Assembly: GCA_022824965.1 (NCBI GenBank)
Contig: JAJDYY010000008.1
Span: forward strand, 449,482-513,481
Reading direction: 5' to 3'
DNA from: Gammaproteobacteria bacterium
GTDB taxonomy: Bacteria; Pseudomonadota; Gammaproteobacteria; UBA4575
DNA length: 64,000 nt
Part shown: piece after piece, positions 21,321-30,607 of the stretch
Layout: each line of letters starts with the position of its first letter
Numbering within the stretch: position 1 is the stretch's first letter
Translations under genes and position numbers: made by a program
Notes under the pieces: model-generated
Databases searched by the model: none
Told to the model about the DNA's origin: nothing
The model's input: the letters and a program-made list of their open reading frames with translations, nothing else

Positions 21321-22631
21321 TCAATGCACGGATCCTGCCATCAGGGATTCAATTTCGCCCGGATCCCGGGTGAGCTTTTCGGTAAGCACCTGATTTCCAT
21401 CCTTGGTGACCAGCACATCATCCTCGATACGGATCCCCATATCCCAGTAAGGTTTGGGTACGCCTTTTGTCCGGGTAATGTACAAACCCGGTTCGACAGT
21501 CAATGTCATGCCCGGCTCAAACAGACGCCATTCTTCATCAAAACGATAGTCGCCGACATCATGGACATCCATACCCAGCCAATGACCGGTACGATGCATA
21601 TAAAACTGCCTGTATTTCTCGTCTTTGATCAGTTTGGCAGGCTTGCCTTTCAACAAACCCAGTTCCACCAGGCCCTTGGTAAGCACTTTCACAGCTTCAT
21701 TATGCGGGTCATTCCAATGGTTGCCGGGCTTTACCTTTCGGATCGCAGCAGTCTGGGCTGCCAGCACCAGCTCGTACACTTCCCGCTGTGCCCTAGAAAA
21801 AATTCCGTTTACGGGAAAGGTACGGGTGATATCACTGGCATAACCCTGGTACTCTGCACCTGCGTCGATCAGCAACAAATCGCCATCGTTGAGGACTTGG
21901 CTGTTTTCGATGTAATGCAATATACAGGCATTGCCTCCACCGCCAACGATAGAAGGATAAGCCGGAACACAGCCTGCTTTCCTGAATTCATAGAGCAACT
22001 CGGCTTCAATTTCATGCTCATGCTTGCCCGGCTCACAAGCCTGCATGGCGCGCAGATGGGCAGCGATGGAAACCTTTGCCGCCTTGCGCATCAGGCTTAC
22101 CTCGCTGCGTGACTTGTACAATCGCATGTCGTGCAAAGGGTAATCCAGCGATAGCAGCTCATGGAGCGTGTGCTTTCTGGCCCGATAAGAGCCACGGGAC
22201 TGATTCACCCAGCTGATGACCTTGTGGTCAAAACCTGCATCACGACCCATTGGGTAAAATATTCTTTCACGATCCGAAAGGAGCCGTGGCAATACTTCAT
22301 CCAGTCGATTGATCGCATAGGCCTTGTCTGCAAGATAATCCTTCACCGCGCCTTCCAGACCAGCCCGGCGCCCACTCCATATCTCCTGGTCGGCATCGCG
22401 CTCCCGACAGAACAATATGTACCGGTCACCCTCCTTGTCCGGCATCAGCAATGCCAGGGCGTCGGGTTCGTCAAAACCCGTCAGGTACAGAAAGTCGCTT
22501 TCCTGGCGAAAGACATGATCCACGTCCCGATTTCTCGGGACCAGCTTTGCAGAAGGCACAATGGCGACCCCCTTTGGGCCCACCATGCGCATCAGCATTT
22601 TGCGTCGCTTGATCAGCTCTTTCGTGTTCAT
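21321..22631 (-). CDS. pepP: Xaa-Pro aminopeptidase (aminopeptidase P)
   Basis: M24B creatinase/prolidase fold with the pita-bread metal-ligand region (DAGAEYQGYASDITRT, HRTGHWLGMDVHD, EPGMTLTVEPG) and 436 aa. Confidence 0.9.
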   Translation of the reverse strand: MNTKELIKRRKMLMRMVGPKGVAIVPSAKLVPRNRDVDHVFRQESDFLYLTGFDEPDALALLMPDKEGDRYILFCRERDADQEIWSGRRAGLEGAVKDYLADKAYAINRLDEVLPRLLSDRERIFYPMGRDAGFDHKVISWVNQSRGSYRARKHTLHELLSLDYPLHDMRLYKSRSEVSLMRKAAKVSIAAHLRAMQACEPGKHEHEIEAELLYEFRKAGCVPAYPSIVGGGGNACILHYIENSQVLNDGDLLLIDAGAEYQGYASDITRTFPVNGIFSRAQREVYELVLAAQTAAIRKVKPGNHWNDPHNEAVKVLTKGLVELGLLKGKPAKLIKDEKYRQFYMHRTGHWLGMDVHDVGDYRFDEEWRLFEPGMTLTVEPGLYITRTKGVPKPYWDMGIRIEDDVLVTKDGNQVLTEKLTRDPGEIESLMAGSVH

Positions 22632-22888
22632 GTCATGTTCCAGCAGCGAGTTCTACGAGGTTCAGGCCAGACGGCCCAGTAATCTGCAGGTGAATCCAGC
22701 CAGTATATACAGCAACTGCCAGACAAGTCTCCGGAAATTGGCCCGATGTACCCATGGCTAGGACCCCGTGCGCCAGACTCCTGCGAGGACACCTTGCCGC
22801 ATAAAATATCTTCAGCTTTTTCAGCATATCAAGGCATATTTCTTAAATTTGAGTTGACGATAAAGTTTCATCATCCTACCATTTTGGA

Positions 22889-23122
22889 ATGGGGAAGACA
22901 GAGTCAGGCCTGCTCAACGAACAGGAGCTAAAGCGACTTGAAAGTCGTGTAAACAACCTTATCCGGGCCTACGAAGACCTCAAGAAAGAGAACGGCCTTC
23001 TAAAGGCGCAGCAAGACACGTACACGGCTGAACGGGCTAGCCTGATTGATAAAAACGAGCAGGCACGCAAACGAGTCGAGGCCATGATAACCCGGCTTAA
23101 GTCGATGGAGGTCAGCATATGA
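22889..23122 (+). CDS. Small coiled-coil protein, ZapB-like (TIGR02449-type), translationally coupled to zapA
   Basis: 77 aa, almost entirely heptad-repeat helix (LKRLESRVNNLIRAYEDLKKENGLLKAQQD...). Its stop overlaps the zapA start (ATATGA). Confidence 0.55.
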   Translation: MGKTESGLLNEQELKRLESRVNNLIRAYEDLKKENGLLKAQQDTYTAERASLIDKNEQARKRVEAMITRLKSMEVSI

Positions 23123-23433
23123 GTACCTCGGATTCTCCCATAGCGCTCAGTATCCTGGACAAGGAATACCGTGTGGTGTGCGGGGCAGGTGAAGAAGAGT
23201 CCCTGCAGGCATCTGCAGAACTGCTGAATACGCACATCGAGGAAGTGCGCAATGGAGGCAAGGTCATCGGTGCGGATCGCGTAGCGGTGATGGCCGCATT
23301 GAACCTGGCCCACACCCTGCTCTCACAAACCGATGAACAGAATCAGGTAAGCAAAAGTTTCCGTACCCGCGTTCGTGACCTTCAGGACCGAATTGATTCC
23401 GCCTTGGGAAATACCCGACAGCTTGAGCTATGA
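23119..23433 (+). CDS. zapA: Cell division protein ZapA
   Basis: 104-aa ZapA-like sequence (ILDKEYRVVCGAGEEESLQASAELLNTHIEEV...VMAALNLAHTL) with a C-terminal coiled coil. 6S RNA follows immediately downstream. Confidence 0.85.
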   Translation: MSTSDSPIALSILDKEYRVVCGAGEEESLQASAELLNTHIEEVRNGGKVIGADRVAVMAALNLAHTLLSQTDEQNQVSKSFRTRVRDLQDRIDSALGNTRQLEL

Positions 23434-23443
23434 GAATCTGCTA

Positions 23444-23652
23444 AACTCAATACTGAAACCGGATACCTCTGCGGTACAGGTGAGTTGCTAGATACATACC
23501 TTGAGCCTATTTTTTTACTCAGGGACAATGCTGTAAAAAATGTTGTTGTGCAACCCCAGAAAAATGGGAAGCCTGATGCATTTTTCAGTTCTCCCACTTG
23601 AACCTCTGGTTCAAGGGCTATAGCGACCACAGTATTCGTGGAGTGTATCCGC
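23444..23652 (+). ncRNA. ssrS: 6S RNA (SsrS)
   Basis: Intergenic segment directly downstream of zapA, as in E. coli. It contains the conserved 3'-side hairpin CACUUGAACC-UCUG-GUUCAAGGGCUAUAGC (E. coli: CACCUUGAACCAAGGGUUCAAGGGUUACAGCC) and the 5'-side CCUUGAGCCUAUUUUUUUAC element (E. coli: CCCUGAGCCGAUAUUUCAUAC). The terminal regions can pair (caatactg / cagtattcg). The ends are approximate. Confidence 0.7.
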
Positions 23653-23713
23653 GTACTACGCTTCCTGTTCTTTACTAAAATCCATATTCAAACAAGTCGT
23701 AGGGTAGACCGCC

Positions 23714-24166
23714 ATGCAGTATTGGTTAATGAAAAGCGAGCCAGGTGAATACAGTATCGATGACCTGAAACGGGACAGAGTGGAGCCTTGGGACGGAGTA
23801 CGAAATTACCAGGCACGCAACATGATGCGCGATGACATGAAAAAAGGGGATCTGGCCTTCATGTACCACTCGAATTGCGATGAAATTGGAATCGTGGGCA
23901 TTATGACGATCGCACGCGAGTCGTATGCCGACTACACCGCCTTCGACCGGGAGGACAAGCATTATGACCCCAAAAGTGATCCCGAAAATCCGCGCTGGTT
24001 CATGGTTGATGTCCGTTATAAGCGAAAATTAAAACGTACCATCACGCTGTCAGAACTCAGGCAACAAAAAAAACTTGATGGCTTACAACTCTTAAGACCC
24101 GGCAACCGACTTTCAGTCATGCCAGTAAGCAAAAAACACTGGGATTATATTTTGTCATTAGAGTGA
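23714..24166 (+). CDS. EVE (PUA-like, DUF55) domain protein
   Basis: 150-aa stand-alone EVE domain (MQYWLMKSEPGEYSIDDLK...WDGVRNYQARNMMRDDMKKGDLAFMYHS...). Confidence 0.8.
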   Translation: MQYWLMKSEPGEYSIDDLKRDRVEPWDGVRNYQARNMMRDDMKKGDLAFMYHSNCDEIGIVGIMTIARESYADYTAFDREDKHYDPKSDPENPRWFMVDVRYKRKLKRTITLSELRQQKKLDGLQLLRPGNRLSVMPVSKKHWDYILSLE

Positions 24167-24300
24167 ATTGACGCTTGGCGACTTCAGTTTTTGTGCGTAT
24201 TTTTAAAATTAAAAACATCGCAAAAAAACTAGTATTTATATATCAAACGTATATACTTTAGCGCGACAACAACTCAACGTTTATTGTTTGGAGGGGGGTA

Positions 24301-24654
24301 TTGATGGCCATCAAGAAACGTAAGACCGCTGCAACTGCCAGACGTAAGACTGCCAAAAAAGCCGTTAAGCGTAAGACCGCTGCAACTGCCAGACGTAAAA
24401 CTGCTAAGAAAGCTGTTAAGCGTAAGACCGCTGCAACTGCCAAACGTAAAACTGCTAAGAAGGCTGTCAAACGTAAAACCGCCAAGCGCAAGACCGTCAA
24501 AAAAGCTGCCAAGCGTAAGACTGCAAAACGCAAGACCGCCAAGAAAGCCGTTAAGCGTAAAACCGCCAAGCGCAAGACCGTCAAAAAAGCTGCCAAGCGT
24601 AAGACTGCAAAACGCAAGACCGCTAAAAGAGCTGTCAAACGCAAGGCCCGCTGA
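24301..24654 (+). CDS. Histone H1-like, Lys/Ala-rich repetitive nucleoid-associated protein
   Basis: 117 aa, about 40% Lys/Arg, built from KRKTAATARRKTAKKAV-type repeats. Strong GGAGGGGGG RBS 7 nt upstream and a terminator immediately downstream. Confidence 0.75.
   Translation: MMAIKKRKTAATARRKTAKKAVKRKTAATARRKTAKKAVKRKTAATAKRKTAKKAVKRKTAKRKTVKKAAKRKTAKRKTAKKAVKRKTAKRKTVKKAAKRKTAKRKTAKRAVKRKAR
24317..24650 (+). repeat. Coding tandem repeats (3 x 51 nt, then about 4 x 42 nt) inside the histone-like gene
   Basis: Direct inspection shows cgtaagaccgctgcaactgccagacgtaa[g/a]actgc[c/t]aa[a/g]aaagc[c/t]gttaag repeated three times, then cgtaa[a/g]ac[c/t]gc[c/a]aa[g/a]cgcaagaccg[t/c]caa[a/g]aaagc[t/c]g[c/t][ct]aag units. 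Confidence 0.8.
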
Positions 24655-24675
24655 CGCAGAACCAACCGCACCATA

Positions 24676-24704
24676 TAAAAAAGGCTCTTTATTGAGCCTT
24701 TTTT
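24676..24704 (+). terminator. Rho-independent terminator (possibly bidirectional, shared with convergent ilvA)
   Basis: AAAAAAGGCTC-tttatt-GAGCCTTTTTT: a GC stem flanked by an A-run upstream and a T-run downstream. Lies between the histone-like gene (+) and the ilvA stop (-). Confidence 0.6.
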
Positions 24705-24759
24705 ATGCAGGCAAGAAACCCCTCTTCAAGGTTCGTTTTGCTTGAAATTTCAATGGGTT

Positions 24760-26277
24760 CTACCCCAGAAACAATTTGTACACTGGATTCCCGGTTTCCT
24801 CCCAGCAGCGGTATCCTAGCTCCGCCAAGAACTGATTAAAGCGCTCTCTGTGTTCTGTGGGCACTTGGATCCCTGCCAACACACGCCCATAAGCTGCACC
24901 GTGATTGCGGTAGTGAAATAAGCTGATATTCCATTCCTGCCCGATCATTTCCAAAAAGTCCAGCAGTGCGCCTGGCCGCTCTGGAAATTCAAAGCGAAAT
25001 AGAATTTCATTCTCCAGGGCTGGACTTCGACCCCCTACCATGTGCCGCAAGTGAAGTATTGCAACTTCATTATCAGAGATATCCAGTGCAGGATATCCGG
25101 ACGCTTCCAATGTTTGTAACAACTGATTTTTTTCGGTTCCCGCATCCTCTACGTTCACGCCCAGAAAGATCTGGGCTTCCTCAGTATCTGCATAACGATA
25201 GTTAAATTCCGTAACCCCCCTGGATCCGAGCAATCGGCAGAAAGTCAAAAAACTGCCTGGCTGTTCAGGGATTGTCACTGCAAACAGGCACTCCTTTCGT
25301 TCTCCAAGCTCCGCGCGCTCTGCTACATGACGCAAACGATCAAAATTCATATTTGCGCCGCTATTGACTGCTACCAGTAATTTGTCTGTGACCCCTTCTT
25401 TGTCAACGTACTGTTTGATCCCCGCCAAAGCCAACGCCCCTGCTGGTTCGAATAGCGTGCGTGTCTCATCAAAGAGGTCCTTGATGGCAGCACAGATTTC
25501 ATCTGTACTTACCAGCAGCACATCATCGACATGTTGTCTTGCAATTTCGAAAGTCTTTTCACCTACGCATCGCACAGCAACTCCATCGGCAAAAATCCCG
25601 ACCGAATCCAGTTCCACTCTTTTTTTGGCCAGCAACGCATTATGCATGGTCGGCGCATCCTGCGGCTCGACCCCGATCACTTTTATGTCGGGCCGATAGT
25701 GCTTGATGTAGGATGCCATGCCGGCAATAAGCCCACCGCCTCCAACCGGAACAAAGATCGCGTCTATGCCAGACGGAATTTGCTGCAGGATCTCCAGTGC
25801 CACAGTTCCCTGTCCCGCAATTACATCTTCATCATCATAGGGATGCACGTATGACAGCCCCTGATCTTCTGCAAGTTCCTGAGAACGCAAAAAGGCCTCA
25901 TCGTAGGTGTCACCATGTAAAACGGCATTCGCCCCCATGCTGGTGACCGATTGCACCTTGATGGATGGGGTAGTACAGGGCATTACGATTGTGGCGTGAA
26001 TACCCAGTTTTTTCGCGGCAAGTGCTACGCCCTGAGCATGATTTCCTGCCGATGCAGCAATCACTCCTCGTTTTCTTTCCGCATCCGGCAAGTGTGCGAT
26101 TTTGTTGTAGGCACCTCTGAGCTTGAAGGAAAAAACGCTTTGCTGGTCTTCTCTCTTCAGAAAAATACGATTGGCAAACCGGCTGGACAGGGTCGATGCA
26201 AAATCAAGTGCAGACTTGACGGCAACGTCATACACCTTGGCATTTTCAATTTTGCTTACAAGTTTTTTGTTTGCCAT
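24760..26277 (-). CDS. ilvA: Threonine dehydratase, biosynthetic (two ACT-like regulatory domains)
   Basis: PLP-fold motif (FSFKLRGAYNKI, lysine underlined by context), full 505-aa length with a C-terminal regulatory region. Confidence 0.9.
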   Translation of the reverse strand: MANKKLVSKIENAKVYDVAVKSALDFASTLSSRFANRIFLKREDQQSVFSFKLRGAYNKIAHLPDAERKRGVIAASAGNHAQGVALAAKKLGIHATIVMPCTTPSIKVQSVTSMGANAVLHGDTYDEAFLRSQELAEDQGLSYVHPYDDEDVIAGQGTVALEILQQIPSGIDAIFVPVGGGGLIAGMASYIKHYRPDIKVIGVEPQDAPTMHNALLAKKRVELDSVGIFADGVAVRCVGEKTFEIARQHVDDVLLVSTDEICAAIKDLFDETRTLFEPAGALALAGIKQYVDKEGVTDKLLVAVNSGANMNFDRLRHVAERAELGERKECLFAVTIPEQPGSFLTFCRLLGSRGVTEFNYRYADTEEAQIFLGVNVEDAGTEKNQLLQTLEASGYPALDISDNEVAILHLRHMVGGRSPALENEILFRFEFPERPGALLDFLEMIGQEWNISLFHYRNHGAAYGRVLAGIQVPTEHRERFNQFLAELGYRCWEETGNPVYKLFLG

Positions 26278-26353
26278 AGTAAAAATTGCGATAGATCATG
26301 CTTTCCGCATCGGGTATCGGTATCATTTATAAAACTCAAACTGTTTTCATGCA

Positions 26354-27007
26354 ATGTCATCGGAGAAAAAAAAACTGGCTGCTGCCAAGGGTGCCCTGGA
26401 CTATATACAAGCCGGTGACGTAGTCGGCGTTGGTACAGGATCTACCGCAAATCATTTTATTGATGCGCTTGCAGGCATCAAGGGGAAAATCGATGGGACC
26501 GTGGCAAGTTCGGAAGCCACAGCACGGAGATTGAAGGAGCACGGCATACAGGTGCTGGACCTGAATAGCGTATCCGGCCTGCCTGTGTACGTCGATGGTG
26601 CCGACGAGGCGACCAGCCACAAACACTTGATCAAGGGCGGCGGTGGCGCACTGACGCGTGAAAAAATCGTTGCAGGGGTAAGTGAAAAATTCGTGTGCAT
26701 TGCTGACGATACCAAACTGGTCGACACCCTGGGAGCTTTCCCCTTACCCGTCGAGGTGATCCCCATGGCAAGAAGTCACGTGGCAAGACAGCTTGTCAAA
26801 CATGGCGGTGTCCCCGAGTTAAGGGAAGGGTATAGAACCGATAATGGCAATCTTATTCTCGATGTGCACAATTTAGAAATCCTGAATCCCGTAGACAAAG
26901 AGCGTGAATTGAACAATATCGCGGGGGTTGTGACTGTCGGGATATTTGCATTGAGGCCCGCCGACATACTGGTTTTGGGCGAAGAATCGGGCCTTCGAAT
27001 TATCTGA
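26354..27007 (+). CDS. rpiA: Ribose-5-phosphate isomerase A
   Basis: RpiA signature ([15 protein letters not shown]..., [19 protein letters not shown]) and 217 aa. Confidence 0.9.
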   Translation: MSSEKKKLAAAKGALDYIQAGDVVGVGTGSTANHFIDALAGIKGKIDGTVASSEATARRLKEHGIQVLDLNSVSGLPVYVDGADEATSHKHLIKGGGGALTREKIVAGVSEKFVCIADDTKLVDTLGAFPLPVEVIPMARSHVARQLVKHGGVPELREGYRTDNGNLILDVHNLEILNPVDKERELNNIAGVVTVGIFALRPADILVLGEESGLRII

Positions 27008-27158
27008 CAGGAACTCACCGGGCGGCGAACCTGGCTTATGTTCCTCAGGCAGGTCGAGGAGAGTTCAGATACCGTACCCCACCTGTGACTATCAAGGGAC
27101 TACCGGCATCGTCAAGCTGTTCAGCGCCCAAGAAAGCTGCACTTGGAACATTTGCAGA

Positions 27159-27551
27159 TCAGCGCTTGGAATACTGTTCTTTCTTGCGTGCTTTGCGCAA
27201 ACCAACTTTCTTGCGTTCCACTTCACGCGCATCACGGGTAAGAAATCCGTTTTGGCGCAGCGGCGCACGCAGATTTTGATCATACTCCAGCAGGGCCCGG
27301 GCGATGCCCAGCTGTACCGCACCTGCCTGCCCGTTTGAGCCACCTCCCTTGACCTTGACATCAATGTCAAATTTGTCCGTCAGCTCGGTGAGTTCAAGCG
27401 GTTGGCGAATGATCATGCATGATGTCTCTCTGCCAAAATATTGATCAAAGGCGCGCATATTGACCGTGATCTGGCCTGAACCAGGACGCAAATAAACGCG
27501 CGCAGTCGAACTTTTTCTTCGTCCGGTCCCATAAAACAGTTCTTGTGGCAT
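27159..27551 (-). CDS. rpsI: 30S ribosomal protein S9
   Basis: Canonical S9 sequence ([25 protein letters not shown]...) ending in KKEQYSKR, 130 aa. Confidence 0.95.
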   Translation of the reverse strand: MPQELFYGTGRRKSSTARVYLRPGSGQITVNMRAFDQYFGRETSCMIIRQPLELTELTDKFDIDVKVKGGGSNGQAGAVQLGIARALLEYDQNLRAPLRQNGFLTRDAREVERKKVGLRKARKKEQYSKR

Positions 27552-27557
27552 GGATCG

Positions 27558-27986
27558 TTAAAACTCTAACGGTTGGGGTTTCTGGGCAGAATGCTTGTGT
27601 TCAGGACCTGCATAAACTTTCAGTTTTCGAAACATTGCGCGCCCTAACGGGTTCTTCGGCAACATCCCTCTTACGGCATTCTCAATAACGCTCTCAGGGG
27701 ATTTTGTAAGCATGTCCTTGAGTTTGGTGGACTTGAGACCACCCACATAGCCCGTGTAGCGGTGATACCTCTTGTCTTCCATTTTATTACCTGTGACGCG
27801 TACCTTCTCGGCATTGATGACAACAATAAAATCACCTGTGTCCACATGCGGCGTGTAAATCGGTTTATGTTTGCCTTTCAGCCTTGCTGCAATTTCACTA
27901 GCCATGCGCCCCAAGGTTTTGTCGGTGGCATCCACCAGATACCAACTGCGCTGTACTTGTGCAGGCTTAGCGCTGACTGTGGCCAT
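27558..27986 (-). CDS. rplM: 50S ribosomal protein L13
   Basis: L13 sequence ([48 protein letters not shown]). The ORF opens at 28040; the Met at 27986 matches the L13 N-terminus. Confidence 0.95.
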   Translation of the reverse strand: MATVSAKPAQVQRSWYLVDATDKTLGRMASEIAARLKGKHKPIYTPHVDTGDFIVVINAEKVRVTGNKMEDKRYHRYTGYVGGLKSTKLKDMLTKSPESVIENAVRGMLPKNPLGRAMFRKLKVYAGPEHKHSAQKPQPLEF

Positions 27987-28247
27987 TAAACTCACCTTGG
28001 ATTTTCGTTCCGCAAAGCGGGGAATAGTAACGGACATCATAGTGCGCTGACAAGCCGGTTTTTGGGCAAAAAAAAGCGTAGGCTTTTGCGGCCTACGCTT
28101 AGTTAACTACCAGAGAGGTAGATGGAGGAGCTCTAAGTTTGCATTCAAACTATCAGAATATGCGCATTTTCTAATATTTCTATATTACAGTCAACTAATT
28201 TTTAAGGAATTTACGTCATACACCCCGATGTGGGTATGCGGAAGTGA

Positions 28248-28568
28248 TCAGATTCTCAGGCGATCCACGATATCGCCGGCAATGAGGTGCCTTGTAATGA
28301 TTTCGTCCAGGTCACTTTCGTCCCTGTAGGTGTACCAGACGGCATCGGGATAAACCACTGCCACAGGACCTTCATCACAACGGTCCAGGCAACCTGCCCG
28401 GTTCACGCGCACCCCACCCTGTTTTGCAATACCCAGCTCTTTTGTCCTGTTTTTGGCATAAGTGCGTAACTCAGCAGCCCCATGGTCCTGACAACAGGGT
28501 TTATCCTCTCGTTGGTTCACGCACATGAAGAGATGACGCTGATAGAAAGACATTGTTTTCTCCGTCAC
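28248..28568 (-). CDS. Thioredoxin-like [2Fe-2S] ferredoxin
   Basis: 106 aa with Cys spacing typical of thioredoxin-like 2Fe-2S ferredoxins (HLFMCVN...CC...GCLDRCDEGPVAVVYPD). Confidence 0.7.
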   Translation of the reverse strand: MTEKTMSFYQRHLFMCVNQREDKPCCQDHGAAELRTYAKNRTKELGIAKQGGVRVNRAGCLDRCDEGPVAVVYPDAVWYTYRDESDLDEIITRHLIAGDIVDRLRI

Positions 28569-28713
28569 AGATTATCCATAACCACTTTATTAATTATACA
28601 CTTGTATCCACACCAAACTGTTGCCTGTTTCTTGTTCACGCTTGACTGTTCGCAATTAAGACATGTGCCAAACCCTGCTACCCTGAGGTTTTCAAGTTTC
28701 CACTAGAGGTATC

Positions 28714-29973
28714 ATGCTACCCACCCGGTTGAACAACAAAGACGTCATCGCTGCAGCAGACAAGTGCGTGATGTGTGGACTGTGTTTGCCTCACTGCCCA
28801 ACGTACTCCATTTCAAAAAATGAAGCAGAATCACCGCGTGGTCGCATTGCCCTGGTGCGAGCTTTGCACGAAGATAAATTATCGCCTGATCCTGCCTTGG
28901 TAAGCCACCTAGACCAATGCCTGGCATGCATGAACTGCATGGCCGTTTGCCCGGCGAAGGTGGACTACGCAAAAATTCTTGATGCCGGGCGCGACATCAC
29001 GAGTCAACAGCATACATTCCGTCACCGGCTGGGGCGATCACTGCTGCTGGCTGCATTAAGTAAGACCGGGGTGCGAAAATTCATGAAGGGCATGTTGCGT
29101 ATCTACCATGCCCTGAGAATGGACCGTCTGCTGAAAAAAGTCGCCCTGCGGTTTCCTCACCTGCTTCGTGTCATTACCCTGGTCCCACGACCGCACAGGA
29201 TCCGTTCCGCTGTACCGTCCGTGCCTGCTCACTTGCCAAAAAAAAGGGTCGCACTGGTTGAGTCATGTGCCGGTGAAATCTTTTCTGAAACGACACTTCC
29301 GGCGGCCGAGGCAGTTTTACAGGCCCTGCAATTCGAAACAGTACGTTTTCCGCAGACGCACTGCTGTGGAGCCTTGCACCAGCACAACGGGGACCCGCGC
29401 ACAGCGAGAAAACTGATCCAGGAATTCTGCGACACGTTCAGGGAGCAGAATGTCGATGCCTTGGTCTCCCTGGCTACAGGCTGCGCCTCACAGATCAATC
29501 GATACCCGGAACTACTGGATGATCCGCTTTCCGCAGAGCTGGCAAACCGTCACAGGGATATCTGTTCGTTTGCCGTCGAGCACCTCGAAAGGCAGGACCA
29601 GGATTTGCAGGCGCTGCCGCAAAAAGTGTTCGTCCACGTCCCCTGCACACAAAAACAGGTCAGCGATGATGTACACGTGGTCGAAAAGCTGCTCAGTACG
29701 ATACCAAAAATTCAACTTGAAACCTTTCAGGACACTTCGGCATGTTGCGGTGCGGGGGGTCTGAATGTACTTTTCCAGGCCCGACATGCGGACCGCCTCG
29801 GCAAGAGCATGATCTCAGAGGTCATGAACGGCGGTGCCTCCTATCTGGTAACGCCTAACATCGGCTGTGCCTTGCATTTCCAGGCACAGCTCTCAAAAAT
29901 CAATGCGCCCGTTGTGGTTTGTCATCCCATACAACTTTTCGCGAGGCAATTGATATACTCAGGGGATGCGTGA
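28714..29973 (+). CDS. Fe-S oxidoreductase, GlcF/heterodisulfide-reductase-like (two 4Fe-4S motifs plus two CCG domains)
   Basis: CVMCGLCLPHCP and CLACMNCMAVCP ferredoxin motifs followed by two cysteine-rich CCG-type domains. It is solitary, with no glcD or glcE nearby. Confidence 0.75.
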   Translation: MLPTRLNNKDVIAAADKCVMCGLCLPHCPTYSISKNEAESPRGRIALVRALHEDKLSPDPALVSHLDQCLACMNCMAVCPAKVDYAKILDAGRDITSQQHTFRHRLGRSLLLAALSKTGVRKFMKGMLRIYHALRMDRLLKKVALRFPHLLRVITLVPRPHRIRSAVPSVPAHLPKKRVALVESCAGEIFSETTLPAAEAVLQALQFETVRFPQTHCCGALHQHNGDPRTARKLIQEFCDTFREQNVDALVSLATGCASQINRYPELLDDPLSAELANRHRDICSFAVEHLERQDQDLQALPQKVFVHVPCTQKQVSDDVHVVEKLLSTIPKIQLETFQDTSACCGAGGLNVLFQARHADRLGKSMISEVMNGGASYLVTPNIGCALHFQAQLSKINAPVVVCHPIQLFARQLIYSGDA

Positions 29974-30607
29974 CCACAGCACACTTGACCACTTCTTGTC
30001 TCATACCGAAAGCGGCATCCGGGCCATGTTTGCCCTGCTCGGGATGGGACGCGACGCCGACGCTGACGATCATGAACTCATTGATGACGGTTTGCAGGCC
30101 CGTGAAAAAAAAACGTCTGCCCGCCTGATGCGCGTCAACCATGCCGGAGAAGTCGCCGCACAGGGCCTCTATCACGGACAGGCGTTGACTGCGCGGCATC
30201 AGGAAGTCAGGCAGCACATGCAAGACTGTGCACGAGAAGAGCAAGCTCACCTAGACTGGTGCAAGAAAAGACTCAACGAACTCAATGACCGTCCAAGCAC
30301 CCTAGCGCCTGCCTGGTATCTTGGCTCGTATGCCATCGGCGCAACGGTCGGATTGCTCGGCGACCAATGGAGTCTGGGCTTTGTTTCAGAAACGGAAAAA
30401 CAGGTTGTGCGGCATCTGGACAAGCACCTCTCCCGCCTGCCGGAAAACGATACAAGGAGTCAGGATATTTTGCGAAGAATACGCGAGGACGAGGCAAGGC
30501 ATGATGAGAATGCGCAGAATGCCGGAGTTCACAAACTGCCCGAATTAGCCTGCCATGCGATGCAGGCGGCCTCCAAGGTGATGACCAAGACCGCCTACTG
30601 GGCTTGA
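29966..30607 (+). CDS. coq7: Demethoxyubiquinone hydroxylase, di-iron Coq7 type
   Basis: Ferritin-like di-iron carboxylate motifs (RVNHAGEVAAQGLY, EEQAHLDW, EDEARHD) and 213 aa. Confidence 0.85.
   Translation: MRDHSTLDHFLSHTESGIRAMFALLGMGRDADADDHELIDDGLQAREKKTSARLMRVNHAGEVAAQGLYHGQALTARHQEVRQHMQDCAREEQAHLDWCKKRLNELNDRPSTLAPAWYLGSYAIGATVGLLGDQWSLGFVSETEKQVVRHLDKHLSRLPENDTRSQDILRRIREDEARHDENAQNAGVHKLPELACHAMQAASKVMTKTAYWA

Noticed and set aside
22161-22682. 173-aa + strand ORF
   Set aside because: It lies antisense within pepP and has no homology signal, so it is a shadow ORF.
24317-24650. Regular 42-51 nt direct repeats, considered as a possible CRISPR or minisatellite
   Set aside because: The repeats are contiguous with no spacers, stay in one coding frame and encode the KRKTAKK repeats of a histone-like protein. 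They are coding tandem repeats, not CRISPR.
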